Part shown: piece by piece, positions 21,031 to 30,555 of the stretch
How the letters are laid out: each line of letters begins with the position of its first letter
How positions within the stretch are numbered: the stretch's first letter is position 1
DNA from: Candidatus Bathyarchaeota archaeon
Lineage (GTDB): Archaea; Thermoproteota; Bathyarchaeia; Bathyarchaeales; Bathyarchaeaceae
Assembly (NCBI GenBank): GCA_963697165.1
Contig: CAVOMX010000025.1
Coordinates: 96,001 to 160,000, forward strand
Reading direction: 5' to 3'
DNA length: 64,000 nucleotides
The notes under the pieces: model-generated
Told to the model about the DNA's origin: nothing
Database searches by the model: none
What the model saw: the letters and a program-made list of their open reading frames with translations, nothing else
Made by a program: the position numbers and the translations under genes

Positions 21031-21330
21031 AAATAGGGGTTTGGTCAAAACTGCTTAATATCCATACCGTAACTATTCAATCAACTAAATTGGAATGTAG
21101 TCTTTCTGTAAGACTTGAAAAGGCACTTAGTTATTGAGGGAGTTCTAAAGGCATTGATTCTCCCTTTTTTAGTTCTGAAATCAAAAGAGCTTAAAAGAGA
21201 TAAAAATTTCTCACTTTAGGTCAACAAAAAAATCAAAATGTAAACTTGCAAAAGCTAAGAAAACAAAAAGATAAAAAAACAAAATAGAGGGAAAGCCTCC
21301 CACCGTTCAAGAAAACGGAAAATGAACCGT

Positions 21331-21636
21331 TTATCCGAACAGGGAACCTAAACCTTCCATTGCTGCTTCTTCTTTCTTGGTCTCGTCTTCTTCAGGCTCT
21401 TCTTCTGCCTTTTCTTCCTTAGCTGCTGTAGCTGCAGGCGCTGGTGCTGCCGCCATCATTGCAGGAGCAGATTTGATGGCTTCATCGATATCAACTTCGG
21501 CAATGGACGCCACTAAAGCTTTAACTCGAGAGGCATCGGCGCTTACGCCGGCCACCGTGAGAACTTCAGATACGTTCTTTTCGTTTATTTCTTTTCCAGC
21601 TTTGTGCAGGAGCATCGCAGCATATACGTATTCCAT
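21331..21636 (-). CDS. rpl12: 50S ribosomal protein P1/L12
   Basis: [11 protein letters not shown], Ala/Glu-rich hinge and GLGSLFG end. Confidence 0.97.
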   Translation of the reverse strand: MEYVYAAMLLHKAGKEINEKNVSEVLTVAGVSADASRVKALVASIAEVDIDEAIKSAPAMMAAAPAPAATAAKEEKAEEEPEEDETKKEEAAMEGLGSLFG

Positions 21637-21688
21637 ATTCATTTCCCTCCATCTTTTCCATCATACTTACTTTTCAACTTTTCTGAAC

Positions 21689-22568
21689 CTAACTTGATGA
21701 CGCACTCTTTTTCTCTGTGTCATCCAATTTTTCGCTTAGTCCTAGCATTTCCATGTTAGCCTTTCTTATAAGATCGGCTATAGTATCCTTGTTGGCTATA
21801 CCCGCCTTCAAAGCTAAACTGTAGGCTTCCTGATGAGCACGCCTGAGAAGGAAACCAATGTTCTCTGGAAGAGTAATAGCCGCCTCCAAAGACAAATTGA
21901 AAGCAAACTGGTGAGCCTCCTACCACGCTTCGCCGAAACGCATCAATATCCAGCTTCAAATCTTCTTCGGTCAGAATCAGTCCATTGTCGTAAACAACTT
22001 TTAAGCTAAGACCTGCCTCAACAGGCTTTATTCCAAGCTTCGAAAGCAAACTTGCAAGCTGAGCGTTTATAGGTTCGCCTTCTTTAACCACCATAGTGGC
22101 TTTAGACACCCAGACGCTTCCAGATTCTATTCGGGTGCGCAAACCTACAGCAGTAAATTGGCTAATGATAGGACCGGGGGGCAATCCAGTGTTTCCGGCA
22201 GGAACTATAACATCAAAGGCGGCTACGTCTCCTGCTTTAGCTGTTGCCTTAACACGGCTCTTTTCTAGAAGAATAACAAGTTTGTAAGGGTTCAAGCTAG
22301 TAAAAAGGAAAAGGTTAGGACCATTCAAGTATTCTTCAAACTTTTCAAGCCCAACTTTGTCTTTGGTTTCGGAGACAGCACGGGTTATGAGAGAGTTCTT
22401 AATAACACGAAGATAAGCGCTTTTTTCAAGCTTTTGTCGCAGCTTTTGAAGTTGGGCGGACCTGACCTTTTCTAGGCTGGCGATTGCAACCGTATTATAT
22501 TGAGATAAGATGTCCTTTATTTCTTTAACTTCGTCAGCCTTTAACAGAGTTGATTGACGGACCACCAT
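21689..22568 (-). CDS. rplP0: 50S ribosomal protein uL10/P0, frameshift near 21920
   Basis: KNSL, AKAGDVA..DVIVPAGNTGLPPGP and LGIKP; the C-terminal helices are in the 21689..21895 frame. Confidence 0.93.
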
Positions 22569-22577
22569 AACTTTTCC

Positions 22578-23228
22578 CTACAAAGCCACCTTAATTGAAG
22601 AACCCATAGAGGTTTTCAGGTAAACCGACCTGAAGTTTTTGATTCCTCTCTTGAGTTTAACTTCTATTCGCCTAACAATAGCCTGAACGTTTTCAGCGAT
22701 CTCCTCATCTGTCATAGATTCGTTTCCAATTCGGCACTGAATAACGGGCTGTCCACGCATTCTCACAAACACGATACTCTGATGTTTCTTAATCTGCTCC
22801 TCTATGTTAGCATTTGGAGCAACTGGAGTAGGCATCTTGCCTCTAGGTCCAAGAGAAGCACCAAGACTCTTACCCACAAGGGGCATCAAAGGAGCCTCGG
22901 CTATGAACATATCATACTTTTTGGCGATGTCTTTCTGCTTCTTCTTGTCCGCAACTAAACTTTCAAGTTCATTTTTTTCGATGACCAAGCTAGCACCTGC
23001 ATTTTTTGCTCTCATCGCCATCTCGCCCGTGGCGACGACGCAGACTTTGAGTTCCTTTCCAACAGAATGTGGTAACTCGATACGTTCCTGAATTCTGCCT
23101 TCAGGCTTCTTCATGTCAATGTTCTGCAGGTTTATAGCGAGGTCTATAGACTGAGAAAACTTACGTTCGCTAGCCTTGCTTCTAACCTCTTTAACTGCAG
23201 CAAGGACGTTTTTCAGGTTCAATGGCAT
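22578..23228 (-). CDS. rpl1: 50S ribosomal protein uL1
   Basis: RKFSQSIDLAINL, LGPRGKMP and KTSMG. Confidence 0.97.
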   Translation of the reverse strand: MPLNLKNVLAAVKEVRSKASERKFSQSIDLAINLQNIDMKKPEGRIQERIELPHSVGKELKVCVVATGEMAMRAKNAGASLVIEKNELESLVADKKKQKDIAKKYDMFIAEAPLMPLVGKSLGASLGPRGKMPTPVAPNANIEEQIKKHQSIVFVRMRGQPVIQCRIGNESMTDEEIAENVQAIVRRIEVKLKRGIKNFRSVYLKTSMGSSIKVAL

Positions 23229-23290
23229 CTTAAGAGCCTCGCGCCAATGACGTACAAGAGCCAATTATAAAAATCTTGTTACTATTAAAA

Positions 23291-23776
23291 TTATTGAGTT
23301 AGTAAGGCATCGTGCTTTCCATCGTTAAGTTCCTTTTGAACTTCGCGTGGGTCTTTGCCTTCCACTGTTACACCCATGCTAACGCCGGTCCCCAAAACCT
23401 CACTAACCGCTGCCTTAAGGCCCCTAGCCAAGACATCGTTGCTCTTGACTTTAGCAATACGTATGATTTGCTCCAAAGAGAGGTCGCCAATCTTTTCAGT
23501 GTTAGGAACTCCTGAACCCTTCGTAACTCCCAACTCGCTAACAAGCAACGCCGAAGTCGTAGGTGTACCTACAGTCACCTCAAACTCCTTATTATCGGTG
23601 TCAACACTGATCTTCACGGGCACCTTCATGCCAGAGTAGTCTTTTGTTATCTCGTTGATTTTGTTTACAATAGCTAGAACATTTACTCCCAAAGGACCAA
23701 GTGCGGGTCCAAGAGGAGGACCAGCGGTAGCTTGCCCGCCGTTAACTAATGCATCAACAATCTTCTTTTCTCCCAT
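23291..23776 (-). CDS. rpl11: 50S ribosomal protein uL11
   Basis: GGQATAGPPLGPALGPLGVN and SMGVTVEG. Confidence 0.97.
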   Translation of the reverse strand: MGEKKIVDALVNGGQATAGPPLGPALGPLGVNVLAIVNKINEITKDYSGMKVPVKISVDTDNKEFEVTVGTPTTSALLVSELGVTKGSGVPNTEKIGDLSLEQIIRIAKVKSNDVLARGLKAAVSEVLGTGVSMGVTVEGKDPREVQKELNDGKHDALLTQ

Positions 23777-23779
23777 TGT

Positions 23780-24256
23780 TTATTCTTCCTTTTTAGATTT
23801 CTCGACAAGTTTCACATAGTCCGCGTGAACTGTGATCGGTAATGTGAATGTTGCCTCCAACAATTCAAGAGTTACATCTTCTTTTGCTTTATCAACCCTC
23901 GTGATTTTGGCTCTCATTCCCTTGAATGGTCCTCCAACAACCTCGACGAGGTCACCATCGTCCAATTCTTCGATCACCGGCTTTACAACGATGTATCGTT
24001 CTATTTCCGGAAAAGTCACAACGCCAGGAACCCGGGATCTTATATGTTTAACTCCGGTTATGGCCTTCTCTACTGAGTGGGGTCCATCAGCTTCGATGAA
24101 AACGTAGCCCTTCAAAAGTTCAGGCACAAGCACGGTCTGTATCTGAAGTTCACCCATTTTCACTCTGGCTTCGATAAGGTTTGCCACATTTTTTTCTTGC
24201 CCTGCAGTTGTTCGTACAGCGAATATTGATGTTGAAATTTTCTTTTCCTCGCTCAT
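23780..24256 (-). CDS. spt5: Transcription elongation factor Spt5
   Basis: NGN domain (RTTAGQE, KGYVFIEA) plus KOW motif (GGPFKG). Confidence 0.97.
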   Translation of the reverse strand: MSEEKKISTSIFAVRTTAGQEKNVANLIEARVKMGELQIQTVLVPELLKGYVFIEADGPHSVEKAITGVKHIRSRVPGVVTFPEIERYIVVKPVIEELDDGDLVEVVGGPFKGMRAKITRVDKAKEDVTLELLEATFTLPITVHADYVKLVEKSKKEE

Positions 24257-24262
24257 CAGTTA

Positions 24263-24439
24263 TCAACCCAGTAGCGTACTGACTCCAACGAAAATGATTT
24301 TGATTAGGAAGCCGATTCCTCCGATTGCGATAATTCCTAGAAAGCATATTTTTAGCGATAGCCAGAGCTCGGTTCTGCCTGGTTTTGTCGCAAGTTTCAG
24401 CAATCTAGATGCTGACTTAAAGAATGATCTTAGTCCCAA
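24263..24439 (-). CDS. secE: Protein translocase SecE/Sec61-gamma
   Basis: RLLKLATKP..E..LSLKICFLGIIAIGGIGF; canonical position before spt5. Start uncertain. Confidence 0.9.
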   Translation of the reverse strand: MGLRSFFKSASRLLKLATKPGRTELWLSLKICFLGIIAIGGIGFLIKIIFVGVSTLLG

Positions 24440-24591
24440 CGTTCCTCGCACTTTCCAAATTAAATTCTAATATGTAAAGTTATCCCTGAGGGTAACCTGT
24501 TTCTAACATAGTTTTTGGGGTTTTCACAGGTTTTAAGTGGTTTGCACAGCACAAAAGATGTTAAAAGGCGAAAAAGCCGTAATATTAAGCG

Positions 24592-24987
24592 GTGAGTAAA
24601 ATGTCAAAAGAAGATGAGATGCTTAACGAGCTTAAGCAGATACGTGAACTGTTGGCAGTTAAACCTGCTCCGCCACCACCGCCACCTACAGGACTTTGGA
24701 ATGAATTCAAGAGTTTCATAGAAAATTACAAGGTCATGGGGCTTGCTGTTGCTTTCATTTTGGGTTTGTATCTTGGTCAGTTAGTGCAATCGATGGTTAC
24801 AGACTTGATAATGCCTGTCATTGGCTTAGCGTTGCCCGAATTAGATAACCTGTCAACTCTGAAAATTCCAGTTAACAATCAGGAGTTCGGAGTTGGAGGC
24901 TTTCTGGTGGCTTTGATCACTTTCATCATCGTAGCCTTCGTCATCTTCATATTGGTGAAAGTCACTAAAAAATGGGGAATTAAATAG
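24592..24987 (+). CDS. mscL: Large-conductance mechanosensitive channel family protein
   Basis: EFKSFI...VMGLAVAFILG, SMVTDLIMP and G.FL.ALITFIIVAFVIF; polyproline N-terminal linker. Confidence 0.88.
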   Translation: MSKMSKEDEMLNELKQIRELLAVKPAPPPPPPTGLWNEFKSFIENYKVMGLAVAFILGLYLGQLVQSMVTDLIMPVIGLALPELDNLSTLKIPVNNQEFGVGGFLVALITFIIVAFVIFILVKVTKKWGIK

Positions 24988-25094
24988 AAATTCCCCTCAC
25001 ACATTTTTTTGAATACTGTTTATAGTATTTCGCAGATTTGGTATTAACTTAGCATACGAGATCATCTTACCATTAATTCAGCGAAAGATAGTTT

Positions 25095-25910
25095 TTAGAC
25101 CCTTTCTGGGTCTACGTCAAGTTTCTCCAGCGCTGCGATTATCTCGGGTTTGTGTTCGCCCTTGATTCCCTTCCAATCAAGAACCACAGAATCCACTTGT
25201 TCTACGGTTCTTTCAATACATTGCCGTATTATTTCAGTGTCAACTTCATTAAGAGCATATTTTGGAATCATGTGACCAAACGCCCGCTGATTGTTTAGAG
25301 CCATCTTCGTAAACTTTTTGTTATAGTGTGGTCCACCGATTCCCAACGCCACAGAACAGCTAGTGCAGTCAGAAACAGCAGCCACAGCCGCATCTGCAAC
25401 AACCTCGGCAGCCTTAGTGTCTTTCCACTGTTTCGGTGTGCTGCCCAGTTCCGCGAACATGGTTGGCGCATCCAAGGATGGCCCATGGTGAGTGCATTCG
25501 TAGGAAACTTCGTAGTTGAGGCTTCTTTCATTTGCCAGTTTTGCCATCTCTAAGAGGGTGTTCTTCATGGCGCCCGCGGGAGAGATGGAGACCGTTCCGG
25601 GTTTGCCCCCGAATTTTGCTTCTGACAGGTTTCCGGGGGTATGCACAGACAGTGTTGGGATGCCTTTGGCGCTACTGTGTCTAGACAGGAAGATAAACAG
25701 CTGGGGGCTGAAGAGGTCACCTAAGAACTGGGTTTCCACTATCTCTGTGTTGACGAAAAGCAGTTTAGTTTCCTTTTTGTGAAGCGTTTTTATGTACACC
25801 GGGTTTTTTTGGAAGGTTTCTGAGAGTTTTTCAAGGTTATAATTGTCTACCAATTGTTTGGCGATGTTCATTCCGGCTGTGTCTTTTGTTGAGGCAATGA
25901 AAAGTATCAA
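25095..25910 (-). CDS. dtdA: D-aminoacyl-tRNA deacylase (archaeal DTD2)
   Basis: FLSRHSS, SVHTPGN, ECTHHGPS, ELGS, GGPHY and GHMIPKY; TTG start at 25910. Confidence 0.93.
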   Translation of the reverse strand: MILFIASTKDTAGMNIAKQLVDNYNLEKLSETFQKNPVYIKTLHKKETKLLFVNTEIVETQFLGDLFSPQLFIFLSRHSSAKGIPTLSVHTPGNLSEAKFGGKPGTVSISPAGAMKNTLLEMAKLANERSLNYEVSYECTHHGPSLDAPTMFAELGSTPKQWKDTKAAEVVADAAVAAVSDCTSCSVALGIGGPHYNKKFTKMALNNQRAFGHMIPKYALNEVDTEIIRQCIERTVEQVDSVVLDWKGIKGEHKPEIIAALEKLDVDPERV

Positions 25911-26139
25911 TGTTTGTGTCGTCCCTGAACGGTTATTGTGGATTATTAGAAGATTAAAGTTTTCATTTACGGGAAAGATTTTGTGGGCAAGCATTTACTG
26001 ACAGCAGAAGGACATACAATCGATTACTTTTACATCATAATTGTCTAGAAGTTAAGTATAGAGAAAGGTATCATGCCCGTTTATATGAAGGTCGTAATTC
26101 ATTTTATAAAACGTGCACATAGGAGAGGGTTGGTAGATA

Positions 26140-26451
26140 TTGAAGAAGATAAGGATAAAGCGTTATCCCCCTCGAAACTTTCCGGAAAAGTCTCTGTGGG
26201 AGATAATAGCTGTTCCGCCAAAGTCTGAGCAAGACATCGAGTTTACGATGCTCTACAAAGCTAACCCCAAACATCCGGCTGTCATAGAGGAGATGACAGA
26301 GGTTGTGGAGCTTGAAGTTAACGAGAAAGCCTTCAATGAATTGATGTGGATATTCAAAAAATATGAAGTACCATGTAAACCAATCGACGAAGGAGTAGAA
26401 GTTAAACACATCGCAAGCAAATCCAAGTTCGTCAACGACAAGAACCGTTAA
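26140..26451 (+). CDS. Hypothetical protein
   Basis: 103-aa ORF filling the gap between dtdA and polB; GGAG upstream. Confidence 0.6.
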   Translation: MKKIRIKRYPPRNFPEKSLWEIIAVPPKSEQDIEFTMLYKANPKHPAVIEEMTEVVELEVNEKAFNELMWIFKKYEVPCKPIDEGVEVKHIASKSKFVNDKNR

Positions 26452-26479
26452 AAGCCCAGTTGTTTGGAAACAAACTTTT

Positions 26480-29155
26480 TTACATGAAGCGCTCAAGCTT
26501 CGTTAAGCCGATTATTTCATCGAAGTCAAGCCCTAAAGCATCGAGAATCTGATCAAAAGTTGAATGCAAGTACGCAACGTACTTGTCCACGTCTATCTCG
26601 CTGTTTGAGGCTATTTGCACGGGCTTAACGCGGGGATCCTTTAAAACTTTAACGAAGCTTATCAGGTCTCCAGCCTTCATGTCGTAGCCAATCTTCTTTA
26701 GAAGAAGAGCAGCTTTCACATGCTGAGGAGTAGTTTTGGTGTAAGCTTCCGGCGGTTTGCCGAGGACCATATGGAAAGCCAGTTCTTCTGGAGTTTCTCC
26801 CCAGCGCCGTTGCTTTAGCCGCAAGTAACGGTCTCTAATAATTTTTTTAATTTCTTTTTTGGCTTCCTCGAATTCTGCGGGTGACTGCACCTGCTCTAGC
26901 CGCTCTTCCAGAGCGTAAAAAGCCTTTTTGATGTAGATGGGAATGTGTCGTTTCTTTCCGGTCATTCCCTTGACGTCAACGCCGCCACCCTTTAGGATTC
27001 CAAGATAGTTCTTTTTGCGAGAGCTGAAGACTGCATATCGATAGAACTTTTCTACTTCCAGTTCCATTCCCATTGTTGTCTTAGACCACTCCGCCATGAT
27101 TTCTATCTGCTCGGGAGAGGGGTTCTTCAAAAAGAGGCTGTCTGTGTCCCCGTAAAGAACTTCAATACCTAATGATTTGGCTTTCTCTATAGTTTGTGTT
27201 ATAACGTGGCGTCCGATTGCGGCTGTAGCCTCAGCAACTGGCGGACAGTACAAACTAAAGGCTGGTGAGCCGAAAACTCCGTAGCTCGCGTTCAGAATGA
27301 CTTTGAGGGCGCTTGGGATTACATTGTACCAGCTTCGCAGGTCCTTGGGCAAAGTTTTGTCTTTCGATTTAGATTTGTACCATTTGACTCTGAGATCTCT
27401 TAGGGAGCCTATCAGCAGGCTTTCAAGAGCCTTATTTTTGGTGCATATCCAATTTGACGTTTCAGGAACCTTGTTTGATTTGCACTCTTCATGATTACAG
27501 AGGAGGGTCTGATAGCCCAGATTGTAAACCTTAATTATGGAAGGATACAGGCTGGCAAAGTCCATCACAGCCACGCTGAAGTGGACTCCGGGCACGGGAT
27601 CAACAACTATTGCTCCCTTGTACTTCTTTCCCTTAATGATAGCCTGAGTACTTGTTCCACCTTTGAGAGCAAGTATGTCCTCGGCGTTTGGAATTAAAAA
27701 GTTTCGTTGCCGATGCTCATGATACAGAAAGTTACGTATCCACCTAGAAACTCCCTGTCGGCTCACGTCCTCTATTGGCATCCTCGATATTCGTGAGAGG
27801 GCTAAAATGAGTTTCATGACCAAGTTGTCGTTGAAGGTTGTTAGGTCTAGGGTGATTTCGGAGTCGCGTAGGTTGTATTCGGCAAGTTCAGTGTAGCTTA
27901 GTTCTGATAATGGTTTTTCGAATTCTATTTTTGGGAGCTCTAGCAGTGCGGTGCCGACTTCGTTTAGGGTTATGTCCCTGTATTTGTTGCCGAAGGCGTA
28001 GATTTGTATTGACCTGTTAAAGAAGAACTTGTAGAGGTCAATATGAACTGCGTGGCTGATGTAGCATACTCTTCGTCCAACTTCTATTGGAATCTGGTTT
28101 CGTTCAAAATTGAAGTGATTTCTAGCTCTGTTATACAGGTAGGGCAGGTCGAAGTCGTCTCCATTAAAGGTTAAAACAAAGGGATACTCACGAAGAGCAT
28201 CAAAGAGTTTTTGAAGCAGCACCTTTTCAGAATCAAAATATTTGACAACCGCGTCGGAGGGCAGTTTCTTGTCGCCTTTCTCTATACCATCCCGCTTTAA
28301 AACAAAAAGTTGTTTTTTTCTGTCTGAACCAAACAGCGCCACACAAACAACAGGGTGAGCAGCCTCTTGAGGGTCAGGAACACGCGTTGCAATGGGCGAG
28401 CTGACTTCAATGTCGAGGGCGACTCTACGAAGTTCTGGAGCAGGAGATTCTAGTAGACGCGCCCACGTTTCCACGCTTTCCAGAAACTCTTTTCCCACGT
28501 CAGGAAAGAGACCGAGAATTTTTTCTACTGTGCCTTCGATTGATTTCTGCTTTACGGGAATTAGTTTTCCTTTCTGAATTTTGTACAGCATACCCGGAGC
28601 TAGATTGTTGTCGTAGATGTAGGATTGGTAATACCTGATGTAGGATTCCCAGACCGTGGGGGGCTCTTGTATGCCAGTTAATTTTTGGTAATCTTCAGGG
28701 ATTATGTCTCGCATGCAGCCGCTTTGGCGACCGCCTATAGCCAGCGGGTCCTTAGCCACAACCTTTGTCACCGTCACCTGCTTGTCCAGAAGAGGATCAA
28801 ACTTTTCCACAATTTCGAAGTGGTCAAAGCCAGAATGGCCTGTTACGCGGCTAAGTTTCTCAAGTTTCTGAGGAGGAAGACTGGTGAGACAGTAGGGCTT
28901 GTGTCCGGTGTTGTCGTCCCAGAAGTAGATTTTTTGGGACACAGGCTCATACAGTTTGAGGGTGGCGAGCTGTTTTTTGCCGTCATATGAAACAGACACA
29001 ATGTATGAGGGCGGCAGGTCTTGGGGAAAATCAGGATAAACAACAGCTTTCTGCTTTGATGGATCCTTCTTTTCAGCGGGGGCAATCTCTGTCGACTTGG
29101 TTTCTTTCTTTTTAAGAGTGTTACCGAATAAATCTAGAGAACTCTGCGCAGCCAT
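26480..29155 (-). CDS. polB1: Family B DNA polymerase (PolB1-type)
   Basis: Exonuclease motifs DIE, FNGDDFD and YNLRD; polymerase motifs DFASLYPS, KVILNASYG and YGDTDS; N-terminal DNTGHKPY typical of TACK PolB1. Confidence 0.95.
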   Translation of the reverse strand: MAAQSSLDLFGNTLKKKETKSTEIAPAEKKDPSKQKAVVYPDFPQDLPPSYIVSVSYDGKKQLATLKLYEPVSQKIYFWDDNTGHKPYCLTSLPPQKLEKLSRVTGHSGFDHFEIVEKFDPLLDKQVTVTKVVAKDPLAIGGRQSGCMRDIIPEDYQKLTGIQEPPTVWESYIRYYQSYIYDNNLAPGMLYKIQKGKLIPVKQKSIEGTVEKILGLFPDVGKEFLESVETWARLLESPAPELRRVALDIEVSSPIATRVPDPQEAAHPVVCVALFGSDRKKQLFVLKRDGIEKGDKKLPSDAVVKYFDSEKVLLQKLFDALREYPFVLTFNGDDFDLPYLYNRARNHFNFERNQIPIEVGRRVCYISHAVHIDLYKFFFNRSIQIYAFGNKYRDITLNEVGTALLELPKIEFEKPLSELSYTELAEYNLRDSEITLDLTTFNDNLVMKLILALSRISRMPIEDVSRQGVSRWIRNFLYHEHRQRNFLIPNAEDILALKGGTSTQAIIKGKKYKGAIVVDPVPGVHFSVAVMDFASLYPSIIKVYNLGYQTLLCNHEECKSNKVPETSNWICTKNKALESLLIGSLRDLRVKWYKSKSKDKTLPKDLRSWYNVIPSALKVILNASYGVFGSPAFSLYCPPVAEATAAIGRHVITQTIEKAKSLGIEVLYGDTDSLFLKNPSPEQIEIMAEWSKTTMGMELEVEKFYRYAVFSSRKKNYLGILKGGGVDVKGMTGKKRHIPIYIKKAFYALEERLEQVQSPAEFEEAKKEIKKIIRDRYLRLKQRRWGETPEELAFHMVLGKPPEAYTKTTPQHVKAALLLKKIGYDMKAGDLISFVKVLKDPRVKPVQIASNSEIDVDKYVAYLHSTFDQILDALGLDFDEIIGLTKLERFM

Positions 29156-29218
29156 TTTTGTTCGTGTCCTTTAATGGTATATTTATGTGCCCATTAAAAA
29201 AATCTCTGATGCAACTTT

Positions 29219-29404
29219 TCAGGGTCTTACGCATTCAGCTTTGGATCTGAAGGGACGCTTCCGTTTGGGTCTACTATGCTTTGGACAGCGCTTAACGCAA
29301 ACCATTATGCCCTGCTGAATCTCAAAAACGCACCCACAAAGGTCTGTTCGCGTCTCAGCCAACTTACAATCCTCTTTATTGTCTTTAGTTAAGACAGCTT
29401 TCAT
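29219..29404 (-). CDS. Small Cys-rich hypothetical protein
   Basis: CGC...CxxxCxxH pattern; co-oriented with neighbours. Confidence 0.45.
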   Translation of the reverse strand: MKAVLTKDNKEDCKLAETRTDLCGCVFEIQQGIMVCVKRCPKHSRPKRKRPFRSKAECVRP

Positions 29405-29426
29405 ATAAATTGTTTCAAGCCCACAG

Positions 29427-30140
29427 TTACTTCGAGGGATTCAGTTTTATCAGTTCTGGAATCGCTCCAGCTTTGCCCACAACGCCACGGTACAGGATGA
29501 AGACACCTTTAACGCCATCTATACTTAAGGCTCTGTCAATTCCCCGCCTAATCACGCTTTGAACATCATCTCCAGTTATCAGGTTCGCCACAGCCGTAGC
29601 AGCAGCATCAGCAATCCCAGCATCAACAGCAAAGATGGTCACCGCTTCTGCGTCGCCGAAACTGAAAGCGTGACTAAACAAACCAGAACTAGTTGCTAAT
29701 CCCACGGGGAACTGCTTTAACCTGAAGCCCATCTCTTTTGAGAGCGGCTCGTCGCCCGCAGCGAATGCAATATCGATTGGCTGGTCTGAAACAGCATAGA
29801 CTTCTCCTCCGTTTTCTACTACTGCAACCTTGCAGCCAGAATTTATCATCTCGTGCACTGCTAGGTCAGCTAAGACTCCAGCAACAGCAGCCATCGGTCC
29901 AACATCTGCCTTCTCTGAAGCTTCAGCCATCAACCGTGTCACTTCTGGGGCATTGTCTACGGCTACGGGTTCAAGAGAAAAAAGAAATCGTGGATGTTTT
30001 TTGATGTATTCTTCAAGCAGCGTCAGGTTATATTTTATCGATGATATTGCAATTTCGATTGCTTCTTCTTTGTCTGATATTATGGTGCAGTTTGATTCTT
30101 TGTGACGAAAAGCCCGTTTGAATAGTTTTTCTTTTGTCAT
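29427..30140 (-). CDS. UPF0280 / COG2122 ApbE-like protein (sulfide assimilation)
   Basis: VGPMAAVAG, ENGGE, ATSSG...FSFGDAEAV and ADAAATA. Confidence 0.9.
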   Translation of the reverse strand: MTKEKLFKRAFRHKESNCTIISDKEEAIEIAISSIKYNLTLLEEYIKKHPRFLFSLEPVAVDNAPEVTRLMAEASEKADVGPMAAVAGVLADLAVHEMINSGCKVAVVENGGEVYAVSDQPIDIAFAAGDEPLSKEMGFRLKQFPVGLATSSGLFSHAFSFGDAEAVTIFAVDAGIADAAATAVANLITGDDVQSVIRRGIDRALSIDGVKGVFILYRGVVGKAGAIPELIKLNPSK

Positions 30141-30550
30141 TTTCGATTGTTACGGTGCTGCTCAACAAGCGTTATGGCTCGGGCTGGACAAGCATCAACA
30201 CATAATCCGCAGGGACTGCCGATACAGGTTTTATCGTCGAAAACAACAGAATAGCCCTTATCATATGAGATGGCATCCACTGGACATAGAGCATAGCATG
30301 CGCCACAGTCAAAGCATTTGTCACTGTCCACTTCGATGAGCTTCGGAAACTTTACAACTACGCCCTTTTTCCTGAAGGCTTTAACGACCTTGTCGACGTG
30401 AACAGCAGGCACTTCCACTAGAATGTCTCCGCCAAGAGAATTGACGGTAGCAGTCACTATCCTCATGGGTATTCCAAGCTCAAGAATCACCTGCGAAGTT
30501 ACTGGCTCAGCAACGTTTTCCTCAGAGAATCTTAACAGAATTCTATCCAT
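30137..30550 (-). CDS. NIL domain plus 2x[4Fe-4S] ferredoxin (homocysteine-synthesis partner)
   Basis: N-terminal NIL-like region; CFDCGACYALCP and CIGSPCGLCVDACP. Confidence 0.9.
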   Translation of the reverse strand: MDRILLRFSEENVAEPVTSQVILELGIPMRIVTATVNSLGGDILVEVPAVHVDKVVKAFRKKGVVVKFPKLIEVDSDKCFDCGACYALCPVDAISYDKGYSVVFDDKTCIGSPCGLCVDACPARAITLVEQHRNNRK

Positions 30551-30555
30551 CTATT

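Noticed and set aside
26480..29155. Intein or inactivated polymerase
   Set aside because: Normal length, all catalytic motifs intact and no intein signatures.
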